The notes beneath the pieces are model-generated. The model was not told where the DNA came from. It did no database searches and worked only from the letters and a program-made list of their open reading frames with translations. The position numbers and the translations under genes are program-made. A stretch of 64,000 nucleotides of DNA from an uncultured Bacilli bacterium (GTDB lineage: Bacteria > Bacillota_I > Bacilli_A > RF39 > UBA660): positions 2,838 to 66,837 of the forward strand of contig CALVXN010000001.1 of the NCBI GenBank assembly GCA_944371315.1, written 5' to 3'. Of the stretch, positions 61,525 to 64,000 are shown piece by piece; positions within the stretch are counted from its first letter, which is position 1; the number at the start of each line of letters is the position of its first letter.

Positions 61525-62346
61525 TTAAAATCTAACTGTTTCCTCAACATCTTGATTATATAAATCCTCATAACGACCTTTTCTACTTGTAATCATTACA
61601 ATTAATACACCAATTACAATCATTATAATTGATACTATTTGAGCCATTTTAAAGCCACCTAACATTAATGAATCAGTTCTCATAGATTCTATAAAAAATC
61701 TTCCTAAACCATACCACATTAAATATAATGCAGTTACTTGACCAACCTTAGTTATTTTAATTCTTCTAATTATTAAAATTAAAATAAAGCCAATTATACA
61801 CCATAGCGATTCATAAAAAAATGTCGGCTCATAATAAACTCCCCCAATATTCATACCATCAATTATGAATTGAGGAATATGAAGATTTTGTAAATGTTGC
61901 AAACTAGTTACAGCACCATGAGCTTCTTGATTAAAAAAATTTCCCCATCTTCCTATTGCTTGAGCAAGTAATAAAGAAGGAACAATAAAATCCAACATTC
62001 TTATAGTTCTAATATTGTATTTTTTACAATAAATTATGCAAGTAATTAGACCAAAAATTATTCCTCCATGGATTGCAAGTCCACCTTCCCAAATTTTAAA
62101 TATATCTAAAAAATTAGAATAAAGATTTAAATTAAATAATACATAATAAACTCTTGCTCCTATTATACCCATAATAATAGTCCAAAAACACAAATTAAAT
62201 ACAAAATCAGTAGGATATTTATAACGTTTTGCTTCTTTTAGAATCATATAAATACCCAAAGTTGCTCCAATAACTATTAAAAGAGAGTACCACTCTAATT
62301 TAAAATTACCTATTGTTAAAATATAACGACTCATAAGCATCACCAT
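61525..62346 (-). CDS. lgt: Prolipoprotein diacylglyceryl transferase
   Basis: Lgt signature GRWGNFFNQEAHG; 7 TM helices. Confidence 0.85.
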   Translation of the reverse strand: MVMLMSRYILTIGNFKLEWYSLLIVIGATLGIYMILKEAKRYKYPTDFVFNLCFWTIIMGIIGARVYYVLFNLNLYSNFLDIFKIWEGGLAIHGGIIFGLITCIIYCKKYNIRTIRMLDFIVPSLLLAQAIGRWGNFFNQEAHGAVTSLQHLQNLHIPQFIIDGMNIGGVYYEPTFFYESLWCIIGFILILIIRRIKITKVGQVTALYLMWYGLGRFFIESMRTDSLMLGGFKMAQIVSIIMIVIGVLIVMITSRKGRYEDLYNQDVEETVRF

Positions 62347-62378
62347 CCAAATATTTTATATACTGATTATAACATACT

Positions 62379-64000
62379 TTATAATATTTTTTTTAAAAAT
62401 TCACCAGTATAAGATTTAGAACAATTAGCAACTTCTTCCGGAGTTCCGACAGTAACTATTTTTCCACCATTTTTCCCCCCATCTGGGCCTAAATCTATTA
62501 TATAATCTGCTACTTTAATTACATCTAAATTATGTTCAATTACAATAACAGTATCCCCATTATCTACAATTCTATTTAAAATAACCAGTAATTTTTTTAT
62601 ATCATCAGTATGTAAACCAGTAGTTGGTTCATCTAATATAAATATTGATTTACCAGTAGCTTTTTTTTGCAACTCTTTAGCAAGTTTAACCCTACCAGCC
62701 TCACCACCAGATAAAGTTGGTGCTGATTGACCTAATTTAATATATGAAAGACCTACATCCATCATCACTTTAAGTTTATTATATATTTTAGGAACATTTT
62801 GAAAAAATTCTATGGCTTCACTAACACGCATATCCAATACTTCACTTATATTTTTACCTTTATATTTTATTTGTAAAGTTTCTTTATTATACCTTTTTCC
62901 GTGACAAACATCACATGGAACATATACATCAGCTAAAAAATGCATTTCAATTTTTTTTACACCATCACCCCAACAGTTTTCACATCTTCCTCCTTTTACA
63001 TTAAAAGAAAAACGACTTTTATCATAACCTCTTAATTTTGCTTCCTTAGTAGTAGCAAATAAATCTCTAATATCATCAAAGACACCAACATAAGTTGCTG
63101 GATTACTTCTTGGAGTTCTTCCAATAGCATCTTGGGTGATTTGAACAACTTTATCTATGTTTTCAAGTCCTAATATTTCTTTATGTTTACCAGGAACAAC
63201 TTTACTTTTATATAAATTATTTGCTAACGTTTTATAAAGTATTTCATTAATTAAAGACGATTTACCTGAACCAGATACCCCAGTTACAACAACTAATTTA
63301 TTTAAAGGAATATCTACATTTATATTCTTTAAATTATTTTCCTTTGCACCTTTAATACTTATTTTCAAGCCATTGCCTTTTCTTCTTATTTTAGGAACAT
63401 CAATTTTTTCAATACCACTTAAATATTTTCCTGTTAAACTATTAGGATTTTTCATAACTTCTTCTGGAGTTCCTGCAGCCATTACTTGACCTCCAAACTC
63501 TCCAGCACCAGGACCAATATCTATTAAATAATCAGATGCAAGCATAGTATCAGTATCATGCTCTACAACAATTAATGAATTACCTAAATCACGCATTTCT
63601 TTTAAAGAATTAATTAATTTTTCATTATCTTTTTGATGTAAACCTATACTTGGTTCATCTAATACATATAAAACTCCAGATAATCTTGAACCAATTTGTG
63701 TTGCTAACCTAATTCTTTGTGCTTCACCACCAGACAAAGTTCCAGCACTTCTAGTTAAAGTTAAATATGATAAACCTACATTATTTAAAAATTCCAATCT
63801 AGATATAATTTCTTTTAATATAAGTCCACTTATTTCTTTTTCACTTTCACTTAATTTTAACTTTTTTAAAAAAGATAATAAATCTCCAATTGACATATTT
63901 GTCATATCATAAATATTCTTGTCATTGATATATATAGATAAAACTGATTTTTGCAATCTTTTTCCTTTACACACAGGGCATTCAGTTTCAACCATATAGC
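62379..64000 (-). CDS. uvrA: Excinuclease ABC subunit A, C-terminal portion; the 5' end lies outside the window
   Basis: Two ABC signature/Walker regions ([46 protein letters not shown]) and Zn-finger CxxC pairs; ORF open at the window end. Confidence 0.9.
   Translation of the reverse strand, partial: YMVETECPVCKGKRLQKSVLSIYINDKNIYDMTNMSIGDLLSFLKKLKLSESEKEISGLILKEIISRLEFLNNVGLSYLTLTRSAGTLSGGEAQRIRLATQIGSRLSGVLYVLDEPSIGLHQKDNEKLINSLKEMRDLGNSLIVVEHDTDTMLASDYLIDIGPGAGEFGGQVMAAGTPEEVMKNPNSLTGKYLSGIEKIDVPKIRRKGNGLKISIKGAKENNLKNINVDIPLNKLVVVTGVSGSGKSSLINEILYKTLANNLYKSKVVPGKHKEILGLENIDKVVQITQDAIGRTPRSNPATYVGVFDDIRDLFATTKEAKLRGYDKSRFSFNVKGGRCENCWGDGVKKIEMHFLADVYVPCDVCHGKRYNKETLQIKYKGKNISEVLDMRVSEAIEFFQNVPKIYNKLKVMMDVGLSYIKLGQSAPTLSGGEAGRVKLAKELQKKATGKSIFILDEPTTGLHTDDIKKLLVILNRIVDNGDTVIVIEHNLDVIKVADYIIDLGPDGGKNGGKIVTVGTPEEVANCSKSYTGEFLKKIL

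Noticed and set aside
1-64000. Possibility of a Mollicutes-type genetic code (UGA=Trp), given the extreme AT content
   Set aside because: Long ORFs are intact under the standard code, Trp is encoded by TGG throughout, and TGA, TAA and TAG all occur as gene ends.
1-64000. CRISPR arrays, IS elements, integrases, rRNA
   Set aside because: No regularly spaced direct repeats, transposase/integrase-like ORFs or rRNA-like segments were seen.

Overview
This is an extremely AT-rich window (GC looks to be about 25% by eye) that uses the standard bacterial code: TGG encodes Trp, TGA/TAA/TAG act as stops, and there are long uninterrupted ORFs. The gene content and order look like a low-GC Gram-positive (Bacillota-like) chromosome. 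Almost every gene is on the minus strand. The backbone is housekeeping: nth-dnaD-cca, class I fructose-bisphosphate aldolase, comEB, scpA-scpB, gmk, an anaerobic ribonucleotide reductase cluster, miaB, serS, sufS-sufU, tex, uvrB, ldh, dacA, cysS, gltX, lgt, part of uvrA, and two tRNAs (Leu-CAA and Met/CAT). Accessory and regulatory modules sit between these. The most notable is the class III RNR operon: a catalytically degenerate NrdD paralog, nrdG, an NrdD carrying a Cys-rich linker plus a C-terminal NrdH/glutaredoxin-like domain, and trxB, with stop/start overlaps throughout. The other findings are:
- a T-box leader with a UCU (Ser) specifier upstream of a dipeptidase-serS operon
- a candidate small RNA with a near-consensus promoter and terminator next to sufS
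- a Bce-like histidine kinase/response regulator/ABC module followed by a short HipA-like (PI3/4-kinase fold) protein carrying an internal 66-bp tandem duplication
- a Fic-fold protein whose catalytic His is replaced by Gln
- a plsC-like acyltransferase gene disrupted by a nonsense codon plus a 1-nt deletion
- an XRE-GNAT overlapping pair
- a GntR-ABC module with repeated motifs in its flanking spacer
- a pair of small Coat-F-like proteins next to a membrane-bound XRE regulator
- an HExxH surface protein with a small downstream ORF.
No CRISPR array, rRNA, transposase or integrase was seen. All calls rest on reading the sequence and recalling motifs; no database search was possible.
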